Of a DNA stretch of 64,000 nt, positions 43,957-53,608 are shown piece by piece. The stretch's first letter is position 1. The number at the start of each line of letters is the position of its first letter. A program made the position numbers and the translations under genes. The notes under the pieces were generated by a model that saw only the letters and a program-made list of their open reading frames with translations, was not told the DNA's origin and did no database searches. This DNA is from Phycisphaerales bacterium. Lineage in GTDB: Bacteria > Planctomycetota > Phycisphaerae > WQYP01. The DNA lies in contig DAIDJN010000035.1 of NCBI GenBank assembly GCA_027451365.1, positions 1-64,000 on the forward strand. Reading direction: 5' to 3'.

Positions 43957-45336
43957 CTATTGTTCTGGTGGGGACGGATTGCCTGCTGCCGCGGCGGCGC
44001 GGTTGGGCACTGCGATATGATGGAGCGGCAGCGCGACAATTGCGTCCAGATCCGCGAGCCGTTCCAGGGCATCGGTCTGCAGGTCCAGAATGATCGCCTG
44101 AATTTCCAGTTCCTTCTGTCTGGCCCGAATTTGCCCCTGAATTCCTGCAGTACCCTGCTGATAATCCGACCGGGCCAGGTATGCGATCAATTTAACCCGT
44201 GGAAGAACTTTTTTGGAAAAAATCCGCAGCCGTAATTGATCATCTTGCAATGCCAGCAGATCAATGGTCAATTCGGCGTCCAGATTTATTTTTCTGCCGC
44301 GTAACATGGCATTGGCGGCCCGCAAGTCGCTTCGTGCCTGGGCAATGGATGCGTTAATCGACTGATATTGAAACAGCGGCATAATCAGCGCGCCGGTTAA
44401 ATTCTGCACTGTACCATCCAGCGATGTGGAGAGCCCCAGATCAAAATTAGGAATGTACTGCATTTTTGCCCGCTGGATACTTAATTTTCCAGACTTTTGT
44501 AATTGCCGCAATTCCTGTAAATCCGGGTTGCGCCGCACCGCAAGTTGTAAAAGCTGGCTGTCATTTAACTGCAGCGCTTCAACCGCGGGCAACGCCGACG
44601 GCGGGTCAAGAGGGGCCGTGGCGGATCGACCGAGCACCGCATTAAGCCGCGCTAATAGCGACGGCGTTCTGGCCTTCAGTGCGGCAATGCGCACCCGCAG
44701 AGTGTCTATTGAATTTTCACCGGTCAGCCAATCTGAAGTCGATCCGCCGGTGCTTACGGCCACCTGGCGAAGCAATACAGCCGACCGGATGATCACCAAT
44801 TGGCGTTGGACCAAATTCAACAATTGAAAAGTCCGGACATATCTGTACCAGGCAGTCAGAACATCCCTGCGGAGGGCAAAACGCGCTGACATAAATTTCC
44901 ATCCGGCCGCCTTAGCCTGGTGGAAGGCCCTTTCAGCCTGTACGGACATTTTTGAAGGCCAGCGAATATCGGCGCTCCCCATGTTAGACACACCCAGCGT
45001 CGAATTTGCCAATGAAGCCGAGCCATTGGTCAGAAGTGTGCCCGCATTCAACATCACGGTGGTCGGTTCGGCACCCGCCTGCGGTATTTGATCAATAGCT
45101 GAACGCCAGTTCCAATAGGCCTGCTCCACAGCGGGGTTGTGGATCAGCGCATAGGCCACCAGTTGGTCCGGCGTGGCCTTGATTGGCAATGGCGGCAGGT
45201 GGCGCTGCGCATATGGTTTGGCAAACGGCTTTCCATCGCGCGCCGCCGCCAGACGCAAGCGCGATTCCCCCGCCGGATGCATGGTGCAACCCGTCAGACT
45301 TGCAAGAAGAAGTACAATGACACAGCGACTTTTCAT
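43957..45336 (-). CDS. TolC/CusC-family outer membrane efflux lipoprotein
   Basis: Lipobox LTGC; A...NP repeats; overlaps the cusA stop codon. Confidence 0.85.
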   Translation of the reverse strand: MKSRCVIVLLLASLTGCTMHPAGESRLRLAAARDGKPFAKPYAQRHLPPLPIKATPDQLVAYALIHNPAVEQAYWNWRSAIDQIPQAGAEPTTVMLNAGTLLTNGSASLANSTLGVSNMGSADIRWPSKMSVQAERAFHQAKAAGWKFMSARFALRRDVLTAWYRYVRTFQLLNLVQRQLVIIRSAVLLRQVAVSTGGSTSDWLTGENSIDTLRVRIAALKARTPSLLARLNAVLGRSATAPLDPPSALPAVEALQLNDSQLLQLAVRRNPDLQELRQLQKSGKLSIQRAKMQYIPNFDLGLSTSLDGTVQNLTGALIMPLFQYQSINASIAQARSDLRAANAMLRGRKINLDAELTIDLLALQDDQLRLRIFSKKVLPRVKLIAYLARSDYQQGTAGIQGQIRARQKELEIQAIILDLQTDALERLADLDAIVALPLHHIAVPNRAAAAAGNPSPPEQ

Positions 45337-48300
45337 GACTGGTCTCCTGTGGATTCGGTTGGCTTACGCCACATTTTCAGTGAAATCCGTGGTGCGCCGA
45401 ACAGCGTCCAGCCCATGACGATATAGTAAAGCGCCGGCAGCACCAGAAGTTCCAGAACAAATGCCGTTCCCAGGCCACCGATCATCGGGGCGGCCAGACG
45501 ACGCATGACCGTTGCCCCTGCGCCGTGTACCCAAAGCAATGGCGTCAGTCCGATCAGTGCAGCGCAGACCGTCATGGTCTGCGGACGAATGCGCCGCACC
45601 GCACCGGTCCGCACCGCCTCAAACAGATCCTTGCGGTCACGCAGAACGCCCATATATCTGGCCTCGTTAAAGCTTACATCCAGGTACAGCAGCAGCACCA
45701 GTCCCATTTCCGCACATAGACCGGCCAAGGCGATAATCCCGACCCAGACCGCCACCGAAAGCTGGTAGTGCAGAAAATACAGAGCCCATATCGCACCCAC
45801 CAGACCAAATGGCACGGAAAGAAGCACACCCAGCACGCGCCCGACGCTTCCAGTCGCGACGAACAACAGAATAAAAATTATCAGAAGCACCAATGGTATG
45901 ACGAGTTTCAGGCGGTCATTGGATTCCTGAATCTGTTTGTAAAGACCGATCCACTGGTAAGTGTAGCCAACGGGAAGCACAACGTGACTGCGGATCGCCG
46001 CATTGGCACGGTGTACATAACCAATGGTGTCATTTACAGTTGATGTAATGTTGATGTAATTAAGTGTTAAGGCGTCCTGGGAGTCTATTTCCGGCGGACC
46101 CGAACTGTAGTGGATATTGGCTAACATTCCCAGATTGATAAAAGCACCACTGGGTGTGGCGATGGGCAAGGCTTTCAGGGCAGAGACGCTCCCGCGCAGA
46201 TTCCGGAAATACCGCACAGTAACAGGCAGCCGCTTCAATCCAAGCACCATGGTGCTCACCGGCTCTCCCCCGATGGCCATGGTGATCATTTTCTGCACCG
46301 CGCCCTGGGTTAAGCCATATCGCGCCGCACGCAGTCGATTGATATGAATGCTCAGGTAATACCCCCCCAGCGGCTGGTCCGCAATCGCACTTCCAGTTCC
46401 GCGAACACCCTGCAACGCGTGGGCAATCTGATTGGAAACCTTGCCCAGCACTCCCAGATTTTCGCCAAACACCCGGATACCCAGCAGTGTTTTGCTGCCC
46501 GTATTCACCATGTTCACCCGATTGGCGATGGGCATCGTCCAATAGACGGCAAAACCAGGAATTTTCAGGGCCTCATCCATTCCCGGATGATGTTTCCCGT
46601 CCGCACCCGTCCAGCCGTGCTTTACCTGCATCAGCGTCAGGTGCGCTGTGGAAGGCCAGAACGTATGCGCAAAGGGCCACTGTATCCAGTGCGGCCAGGA
46701 ATCATAAAATCGCCTCACCGGCGCGCTGGGCCATTGTGCCCGGCGTTTAAGCCGCACAATGGTATCTACCATATTCATCGGTGCCGAATCGGTGGCGGTA
46801 TCCGCGCGGCCAATCTGGCCGAAAACAGTCTTCACTTCGGGAAAGCTCTTGATAATTTTATCGCTTTGCCCCAGTACATACCGTGCCGCCCCAACACTGA
46901 TACCGGGGTAGGTCGTCGGCATGTATTCCAAATCCCCTTCGTAAAGCGGGGGCGTAAATTCCGTTCCCAGCCGGGACAGTGGCCAGAAAATTGAAAGGCA
47001 AAGCCCCGCCATCAGGACAAGAATTGGCCAGCGCAAAAATATGGCGATACGGAAAACAGGATCAAAGCACTTTTGCAGCAGGCGGGCAACAAAATTGTGG
47101 TCTTCATGAATGATCTCCTGCGGTATGACCAGCAATATCGCCAGAGCCATCCAGCCGATACACAGCCACCCGCGGTAGTGCCCCAGTTCACTGCCCAGAC
47201 CTATCACATGATAAAGGCCTATTGCCGGCAGAATCACAATAGCCAGGGCAACTGGCCATTGAATCCATCGTGGCCAGCTTTCCGGAAACAATCGCGGACT
47301 GATGAAATAAATCATCAGCACCGGCACAATGGTAATTGACAGCAGCGCCGCGGAGGCAATCGCAAAGGTCTTGGTAAGCGCCAGCGGCGAAAACATTTTG
47401 CCACTTTCGCCCGGCAATACAAATATCGGCAGAAAACTTACCGTAATAATCAGCAGGCTGAAAAACAGACTCGGCCCGACCTCCGCCGCCGCGGATAGAA
47501 TCAGGTCGGCTCGCGGTACTGGCGGATATCCGTTTGTGACGCGCTGTTCATCGCGATTTATATGCTGGTGTGCGTTTTCCACCATCACAATCGCGCTGTC
47601 CACCACCACTCCAATCGCAATGGCAATCCCGCTTAAACTCATAATATTGGCGCTGATCCCCAACCAGTACAAAATAGCCAGGCTTATAATCATGCTGGAT
47701 GGAATAACCGTTATCGCCACCAGACTGCTGCGCCCATGAAGCAGAAACACCAGGCATATCACCGCGACAACAATCATTTCCTCCATCAACGTATCGGACA
47801 GAGTATGAATGGAACGGCTGATCAGATTCGTGCGATCGTAGCCGGTTTTAAACATGATTCCCGGCGGCAAACTGCTGGTCAGGACCGCGATTTTCCTTTT
47901 GACCTGCTGAATCACTCTGTAGGTATCCGCGCCCGAACGGACCACCACAATACCTCCCACCGCCTCCCCCAGACCATTCCAATCCAGAACGCCCAGCCGC
48001 TGCGCGCCGGCTATCTGTATCGTGGCGACGGTACCCAGCAAAATCGGCGTGCCATTCTTCGCCTGGCCAACTGGCACATCTCTTAGCTGCCCGACATTTT
48101 TCAAATACCCGCGGCTGCGCACAATGTATTGAAATTCGCCACGATCCACGACCGCGCCACCCACATCATTATTGGACTGTTGAATGGCGAGCGTTACCTG
48201 ATTGATGCCGAGGTGATACGCCCGCAACTTGTTGGGATCCAGCACCACCTGGTATTGCTCTTCAAAACCACCCAGCCCGGCTACTTCGGAAACACCCGGC

Positions 48301-48986
48301 ACCGCTTCAAGCTGATATCGTACGAACCAGTCCTGAAGCGACCGCAATTGGCCCAGATTGATATCGCATGATACCAGAGGCTGCCCCGACAGCGGTGATT
48401 TTCCCGGATGGTCAAAAGCCCGCACCAGTTGCAGTTGCCTGCGGTCTTTCACCGGCGCCTGTGCTCGATGTGCGTACCAATGATTGGTTTGACCGTTATG
48501 CCAAATCCCATTGGGATGATGCCGGGCATACCAGCCCGGATAGAGCACATACTGAAAAGCCCAGCCCGCCCCGGTCGCGTCTGGACCAAGTTGCGGATTA
48601 ACGCCCACGGGCAGAAGGGTTTTGGCATAACTGAGGTATTCGAGTACGCGACTTCGCGCCCAGTAAAGATTCGTTCCATTTTTGAATACCACCGTCACCA
48701 GCGAATATTCAAACATGCTTGAACCGCGTACAGCTTTTACATCTGGCGCGTGAATCAACTGCGTTTCCAGCGGATAGGTTACTTGCTTTTCCACGACTCC
48801 GGGCGATTGACCGGGGTAGTTGGTCAGCACCAGCACTTGCACGTCAGATAAATCGGGAACCGCATCCAGCTTGCTGTGAAAAGCGGCCCAGCCCGCAACG
48901 GCCACCACCATCAGTGATAACAGCACCACCAGCACGCGGTTCTTTACAGACAATTCAATAATTTTACGGATCATGTTGTGGTCCAT
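45333..48986 (-). CDS. cusA: CusA/SilA-type heavy-metal RND pump with several insertions (start 48986 or 48974)
   Basis: DAVPDLSDVQV, YWARSRVLEYL, LGPDATG, AIGVVVDSAIVMVEN; Met triad at YMPT, PMNMVDT, RVNM. Confidence 0.9.
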   Translation of the reverse strand: MDHNMIRKIIELSVKNRVLVVLLSLMVVAVAGWAAFHSKLDAVPDLSDVQVLVLTNYPGQSPGVVEKQVTYPLETQLIHAPDVKAVRGSSMFEYSLVTVVFKNGTNLYWARSRVLEYLSYAKTLLPVGVNPQLGPDATGAGWAFQYVLYPGWYARHHPNGIWHNGQTNHWYAHRAQAPVKDRRQLQLVRAFDHPGKSPLSGQPLVSCDINLGQLRSLQDWFVRYQLEAVPGVSEVAGLGGFEEQYQVVLDPNKLRAYHLGINQVTLAIQQSNNDVGGAVVDRGEFQYIVRSRGYLKNVGQLRDVPVGQAKNGTPILLGTVATIQIAGAQRLGVLDWNGLGEAVGGIVVVRSGADTYRVIQQVKRKIAVLTSSLPPGIMFKTGYDRTNLISRSIHTLSDTLMEEMIVVAVICLVFLLHGRSSLVAITVIPSSMIISLAILYWLGISANIMSLSGIAIAIGVVVDSAIVMVENAHQHINRDEQRVTNGYPPVPRADLILSAAAEVGPSLFFSLLIITVSFLPIFVLPGESGKMFSPLALTKTFAIASAALLSITIVPVLMIYFISPRLFPESWPRWIQWPVALAIVILPAIGLYHVIGLGSELGHYRGWLCIGWMALAILLVIPQEIIHEDHNFVARLLQKCFDPVFRIAIFLRWPILVLMAGLCLSIFWPLSRLGTEFTPPLYEGDLEYMPTTYPGISVGAARYVLGQSDKIIKSFPEVKTVFGQIGRADTATDSAPMNMVDTIVRLKRRAQWPSAPVRRFYDSWPHWIQWPFAHTFWPSTAHLTLMQVKHGWTGADGKHHPGMDEALKIPGFAVYWTMPIANRVNMVNTGSKTLLGIRVFGENLGVLGKVSNQIAHALQGVRGTGSAIADQPLGGYYLSIHINRLRAARYGLTQGAVQKMITMAIGGEPVSTMVLGLKRLPVTVRYFRNLRGSVSALKALPIATPSGAFINLGMLANIHYSSGPPEIDSQDALTLNYINITSTVNDTIGYVHRANAAIRSHVVLPVGYTYQWIGLYKQIQESNDRLKLVIPLVLLIIFILLFVATGSVGRVLGVLLSVPFGLVGAIWALYFLHYQLSVAVWVGIIALAGLCAEMGLVLLLYLDVSFNEARYMGVLRDRKDLFEAVRTGAVRRIRPQTMTVCAALIGLTPLLWVHGAGATVMRRLAAPMIGGLGTAFVLELLVLPALYYIVMGWTLFGAPRISLKMWRKPTESTGDQS

Positions 48987-49037
48987 TTTCGGGGAACAAT
49001 CGGGTTTGAAATCAGAATCACCCGCGCCAATGCGCAA

Positions 49038-50408
49038 CTATTTGGATATATTCGGGGCCAGCGTAGTGCCGACGACCGGCTTCGCCGCCGTGGCTTTCGG
49101 CAAAAAACGCGCCTTAAGCTGGCTATATTGAGACTCCACATCAATCATGAATTGACCGCTGGTCACCACTTTTTGCCCCGGCCCGAGTCCGGATATTACC
49201 TGCACCAGACCATGCGCCCCCACCAGTCCGGTCGTGACCTTTACCGGATCAAAATGCCCGTGCGACGTTTCAATAAACACCAGTTCGCCGGTACCAGTGT
49301 TTATTACAGCGCGGCGCGGCACCAGAATGGTGTGCTTCAACGGACTGGTAAGAACATCCACCATGGCAAACATTCCCGGGCGAAGCATCCCGTCGGAATT
49401 GTCCAGAGCCACACGAACTGTGATTGTGTGATTTTCCGGATTTTCAAGCGGGTCTATGAAAATAATGCGGCCGGTAAATTGTTTGCCGGGAAACGCCGCG
49501 ATACTGGCCACTACGCGCTGTTTCATCGCAATCCAGGGAAGCTGGTTCTCATACACATAGGTGTTAAGCCAAAGTGTGGAAAGATCATCCACGCGCATCA
49601 CGGTCATGCCGGCCGTAATCGGCGATTTCTGCTGTACTTTTATCTCCGCAAGAATGCCGTTGGCGGGACTGGTAAAAGTGACATACACTTCCGGTTTCAG
49701 GGTTTTAAGGACCCTTTGAATGGTAACCTGATTCACCCCCAGAAATTTCAGCCGCATGGACACAGACCGAACCAGTTCTCGGGCTTGGCCAATCGCCTGC
49801 CTGTCCGCACCTTTTCCAGCCATGGAAACCATCTTTTGAGCCGCCACGAGTTCCTGCTCCGCGGCCACAATCTTCGGACTGTACAGCGTGAACAGCGGCT
49901 GCCCGCGGCGGATGATTTGCCCATTGGTGGTCGCAAACAGTTTGCCAATCCAGCCATCCGCGCGCACTGTGATCGCCACGCGTTTTGGTGCGGCTACCTG
50001 CAACGTGCCGACAGTCCGTACCCGCCTGGTCAATGCCCCCAGGGTGACCAAACCGGTTTGAATGCCCATGTTCTGTACCATGGCGGGATCCACATGAACC
50101 TGTCCCGGATTATTGCTTTCGCTTGATGGCGCATAAACCGGTTTGAGCGGCATACCCATGGAACTGATGCCCGGTTTGGGCGAAATAGACGATGCTCCGA
50201 CCATGGAGTCCCACCAATACAGTATCTTTCGTTTGGGGACGGCCTTTTTCGTGGCAGATAATTCGGCCGTTTTGTTCGGTTTGCTCTGTCCGGCAACACC
50301 ACCGCCGACGGCATGGCCGAGGGCAGATTGCAGAACAATCGCCAGCATAAAGCCAAATATCGCGCAAATAATTCCGACAAGTCCGGTCGTGATCAATCGA
50401 AGTCGCAT
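49038..50408 (-). CDS. cusB: CusB-type membrane fusion protein with N-terminal Met-rich metal-binding domain
   Basis: ILYWWDSM...KPG.S.MGM.LKPVY; LYSP, LRPGMFA, GQKVVTSGQFMID.ES. Confidence 0.88.
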   Translation of the reverse strand: MRLRLITTGLVGIICAIFGFMLAIVLQSALGHAVGGGVAGQSKPNKTAELSATKKAVPKRKILYWWDSMVGASSISPKPGISSMGMPLKPVYAPSSESNNPGQVHVDPAMVQNMGIQTGLVTLGALTRRVRTVGTLQVAAPKRVAITVRADGWIGKLFATTNGQIIRRGQPLFTLYSPKIVAAEQELVAAQKMVSMAGKGADRQAIGQARELVRSVSMRLKFLGVNQVTIQRVLKTLKPEVYVTFTSPANGILAEIKVQQKSPITAGMTVMRVDDLSTLWLNTYVYENQLPWIAMKQRVVASIAAFPGKQFTGRIIFIDPLENPENHTITVRVALDNSDGMLRPGMFAMVDVLTSPLKHTILVPRRAVINTGTGELVFIETSHGHFDPVKVTTGLVGAHGLVQVISGLGPGQKVVTSGQFMIDVESQYSQLKARFLPKATAAKPVVGTTLAPNISK

Positions 50409-50533
50409 TAAAATACCCCAAATATAGTTGCCAAGGCCCGGCGATCCGGGTCTGGACGGACGCCGTGGGCAATAAATGCCTGTGATGGCGAAATCGCCGT
50501 CACACACATATAAGATCTATATTTGTAGATATT

Positions 50534-50977
50534 TTAGATTATTAATACGATGTACCGGCTCTGCGGTGTGTGCCAACGGAAATAAGGCAGCCGACGAACC
50601 TCCGCCGACCGGATTACCGCATGATGAAAACAAAATGCCGCAGCAGCCAGTCGCGGCATAACAGGATTCAAGACAATCGATACGGAGGGGCAAAATGCCA
50701 ACGGAAATCCGCCTGAACCGGTCAGTCGGCATTTGGAGCACGGCCGCGACCCGCCACCGGTCTGCGGAAGGCCCGTGCACGGATTGCCATTCATTCGCCG
50801 CATACAGGCGTTGCCGACAGGGCCACACCGGCAGCATGGCATCGTGGCCATACACCGGGCTTGCCTCATCGGCCTGCGATGAATATCACGGCCTCCCGCG
50901 ATCCGGCATTGCGCCGGCCGCGAGACCGGCGCAAATAGCACACTCACGCAGACCAGAATGACAAAAAAAAGTTTCAA
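50534..50977 (-). CDS. Cys-rich exported/leader protein upstream of the cus genes
   Basis: Signal-like N-terminus; PCCRC and CSKC; hydrophobic C-terminus YIVLII; co-oriented with cusB. Confidence 0.55.
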   Translation of the reverse strand: MKLFFVILVCVSVLFAPVSRPAQCRIAGGRDIHRRPMRQARCMATMPCCRCGPVGNACMRRMNGNPCTGLPQTGGGSRPCSKCRLTGSGGFPLAFCPSVSIVLNPVMPRLAAAAFCFHHAVIRSAEVRRLPYFRWHTPQSRYIVLII

Positions 50978-51042
50978 CCGTCAAATACCCCGGGTTAAAA
51001 TTGCCTACCGGTACTGCAAACCCGACGGGCAACCGTGAAGCC

Positions 51043-51459
51043 TTATTGATGAAGGTTATCGCTCAGATGAATCTTCATCCACATATCGCCCATGCGCCAC
51101 CAGATTTTGGTCGGGTAAATCACTTTGTCCTTCATATCCTCTTTTCCGACCACCTTAATCTGCACACCGACATATTTTGCCAGCGGCTTAGGATTGGTCA
51201 GCAGCGTAAACGCATGACCGCCGATCAGGATGCCCGCGGGTATGCCACTGGCCAGGCACTTTTGGCCGCAGGTTTTGCCATGCGCCCGCCCCGTCATGCC
51301 CATAGTGCTGTAGCACGCCATATCCAGCAGTTCCCCTTTCGCAGTGATCTTCTTTATTACCGGCTTAGCCACCGAGGCTGCATGGAGGGGTAACGCAACG
51401 GCGGACAATAAAGCCAATCCAATTGCCGAACCGCAAGACATCTTCAAAAACTGCTTCAT
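51043..51459 (-). CDS. Small periplasmic protein with GE..D.AC...H..C...C...G.P.GIL motif, Met-rich
   Basis: Signal peptide ending LHA-A; GGAG RBS; clustered Cys/His/Met. Confidence 0.75.
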   Translation of the reverse strand: MKQFLKMSCGSAIGLALLSAVALPLHAASVAKPVIKKITAKGELLDMACYSTMGMTGRAHGKTCGQKCLASGIPAGILIGGHAFTLLTNPKPLAKYVGVQIKVVGKEDMKDKVIYPTKIWWRMGDMWMKIHLSDNLHQ

Positions 51460-51674
51460 ATAAAAACTCCTGAAAATGTGTGAAACAACTTCCGTCTGCA
51501 ATTGAGATAATTCTAATCAATAGTGGCATCTCGGGCCACCACTTAAAAAAATGCCTTAAGCAGGCCCGCGTCGACGGATTGTCGACACCACTGGCCGACA
51601 ACCTGACTACAACCGGTTGCCGCCAAGTCGCGGACATGGCGCATAACGACATGCACATTCAATCAGTTGCGTAT

Positions 51675-52025
51675 TCACGGGCGACCATGGATCGCCCAAT
51701 CCGGGTGGTAATGTCCTTTGGAATCAGTAAACAGCGACGGATTAGATGACACAAGATGAGCGCGCCCCGTCAAGGCATACGGCGAGATCTGAACCATTGG
51801 AAGCCCAAGTCGCTTATTGCTTGTCGACAAAGTCGCAAAGTACCAATCCGGGTGGTAATGCCCCTTGGAATCAGTAAATGCCACGGGATTGAATGTTGCT
51901 TTGGCCGCGACGTTCCCGTTTTGACTCTTGGCAAATGTCGCTGCCTGCGCCATGATGCCGCCGGCGGTCACACAGCCGACTAATACCCCCAACACCAGCC
52001 CATTCTTCAGGTTTAACGTAAACAT
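51675..52025 (-). CDS. Secreted small protein with two FTDSKGHYHPDW repeats
   Basis: RBS GAGGTG; signal peptide ending AQA-A; internal repeat; shares its motif with 53609..53848. Confidence 0.85.
   Translation of the reverse strand: MFTLNLKNGLVLGVLVGCVTAGGIMAQAATFAKSQNGNVAAKATFNPVAFTDSKGHYHPDWYFATLSTSNKRLGLPMVQISPYALTGRAHLVSSNPSLFTDSKGHYHPDWAIHGRP
51696..51878 (-). repeat. Two 36-nt direct repeats (51696-51731, 51843-51878) encoding FTDSKGHYHPDW
   Basis: The copies differ at 2 positions, both synonymous. Confidence 0.92.
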
Positions 52026-52101
52026 GATACCACCTCGCTATATTAAGCGTCCGCCCGCAATCTGAACCGACACCCGGTTTCGCGACTGCGGGAACAATAA
52101 A

Positions 52102-52132
52102 TAAGACGCCCTACACGGGGCCAAAAGTTCCA
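52102..52132 (-). promoter_or_regulatory. ECF-sigma-type promoter P1 (repeat-peptide gene, possibly the whole cus operon)
   Basis: TGGAACTT-N16-CGTCTTA. Confidence 0.75.
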
Positions 52133-52346
52133 CTGATTGTCAGAATTTGGTTTCCTTGAGGTGCAACCGAATTGAAACAAAATATGCGATGCCGACAGTT
52201 ATGCACGCAAGCCGCTTCGCCCGATTTATCCGCAAACTATCCGAAACTGTCTGTTAATAAGGCAATAATGTTGGACGACGGCATATTTAGATGCAAATTG
52301 CCCACAGTTTTATAAATTGGCACAGATTTTGTAGTGCTATTTTGGC

Positions 52347-53021
52347 ATGAACAGAAATTGGATGGCGCGAGCCTGCTCAATATTGCTTTTGCTGGTTTTG
52401 GGTGGTTGCACGTCTGGAATGGACGCTGGCGACCAGTCCGCCGTCGAAAGCCAATGGGTTTTGCAGCGCGGTGGTGTTATTCGCGGTTCGCAGCAGTTGC
52501 GCGCACAACTGTTATGCGATCGCTTATGCCGCGGCTGGATACATAATTCAATTCATGTCCGGATCGTCAATAGCAGTTTGCTTGGTGCGTGGACCTGGCC
52601 AGACAGGGATATTTATATTACCCGGGGGCTGGCCTTACATCTGACCGATGATGAACTTGCCGCGGCAATTGCCCATGAAATGGGGCATCTTATTAACAGC
52701 AACGCCGTCCAATGTCCGTATGCACTGGGTCGCAACGGTGAAAAGTTGGGAATTGAAGCCGGTGCCGATCTTACGGGATCTCGCGTTTTGGCCGCTCATG
52801 GCATTTCGCCGCAATGCTTGATCCGGGTTCTGCAGTTGTTATACCGGTGCAGTTCCAATGTATCGCTTCGGAATTCACTGCAATTGCGGATTCAAGCACT
52901 CTTATCCGCAATCTCTTCCGGAAGCATTGATAAACGTCTGCGCAATGTCTCCCGGGCACGCGATACCCGCGATCTTACCGTTCCCACTTGCACAGCCAAT
53001 ACCTCTGCAGCAATTTCGTAG
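52347..53021 (+). CDS. M48-family zinc metallopeptidase, lipoprotein
   Basis: Lipobox LGGC; IYITRGL...DDELAAAIAHEMGH; E..AD. Confidence 0.85.
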   Translation: MNRNWMARACSILLLLVLGGCTSGMDAGDQSAVESQWVLQRGGVIRGSQQLRAQLLCDRLCRGWIHNSIHVRIVNSSLLGAWTWPDRDIYITRGLALHLTDDELAAAIAHEMGHLINSNAVQCPYALGRNGEKLGIEAGADLTGSRVLAAHGISPQCLIRVLQLLYRCSSNVSLRNSLQLRIQALLSAISSGSIDKRLRNVSRARDTRDLTVPTCTANTSAAIS

Positions 53022-53473
53022 CTTAGTTGTACAACATCCACAAGCAGGATGGTCCACCGCATATCTTCCGGCAGCGATTTTAGCGCCGCAATCACAGTTT
53101 GATCCGAAAAAGCCTCCATCATCGCATCGGCATTACGAATATCCAGCGTTTCCGCGACAGCATCCGTATCTGCGGGATCATTGCCCGATTCACATAATTG
53201 ATCCAGGCTCGCATTGTGATGAATGTGCGCACCATCAGACCGCAGGCGGTCAACCCAGGTATGCCGCAGTATCGTCAGCAACCAGGCTCGCAGATTCCCA
53301 CCCTTTTCATCAAACTGATGCAAGCCACGCCATGCTTTCACAAGTGCTTCTTGTGCAATTTCCTCGGCTTTTCCGGCGTTATGCGTCATCAACATAGCCG
53401 CACGAAGCACCGTTGATCGTTCTGGCCAAACTAATTCGTAAAAGCGCTTTGAATTGCTTTCCGGCGTTTTCAA
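52892..53473 (-). CDS. ECF RNA polymerase sigma factor
   Basis: Region 2 AEEIAQEALVKAW..LRAWLLTILR; region 4 LSYE.AAEVL....GTVRSRVSRAR; TTG start after GGGAG. Confidence 0.92.
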   Translation of the reverse strand: MKTPESNSKRFYELVWPERSTVLRAAMLMTHNAGKAEEIAQEALVKAWRGLHQFDEKGGNLRAWLLTILRHTWVDRLRSDGAHIHHNASLDQLCESGNDPADTDAVAETLDIRNADAMMEAFSDQTVIAALKSLPEDMRWTILLVDVVQLSYEIAAEVLAVQVGTVRSRVSRARETLRRRLSMLPEEIADKSA

Positions 53474-53506
53474 TTCCCGCTCCCAACAGTAATAAACAAT
53501 TGGCAA

Positions 53507-53537
53507 TGGAACCGTTTAGCCGGGCGACTTCGTCTGA
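53507..53537 (+). promoter_or_regulatory. ECF-sigma-type promoter P2 (small lipoprotein gene)
   Basis: TGGAACCG-N16-CGTCTGA. Confidence 0.75.
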
Positions 53538-53608
53538 TTAAACGTGGCTGAGTTATCGGCAACGTGCCGGATACCTGTGGCCGAAGGAACCGCAAAAGGA
53601 GAAAAATC

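Noticed and set aside
51696..51878. 36-nt direct repeats as a CRISPR array
   Set aside because: Only two copies, 111-nt spacer, in frame inside a protein, synonymous differences only, and no cas genes
52318..52333. TGGCACAGATTTTGTA as a sigma54 promoter for the M48 gene
   Set aside because: The -12 element is GT rather than GC, and it would leave almost no leader
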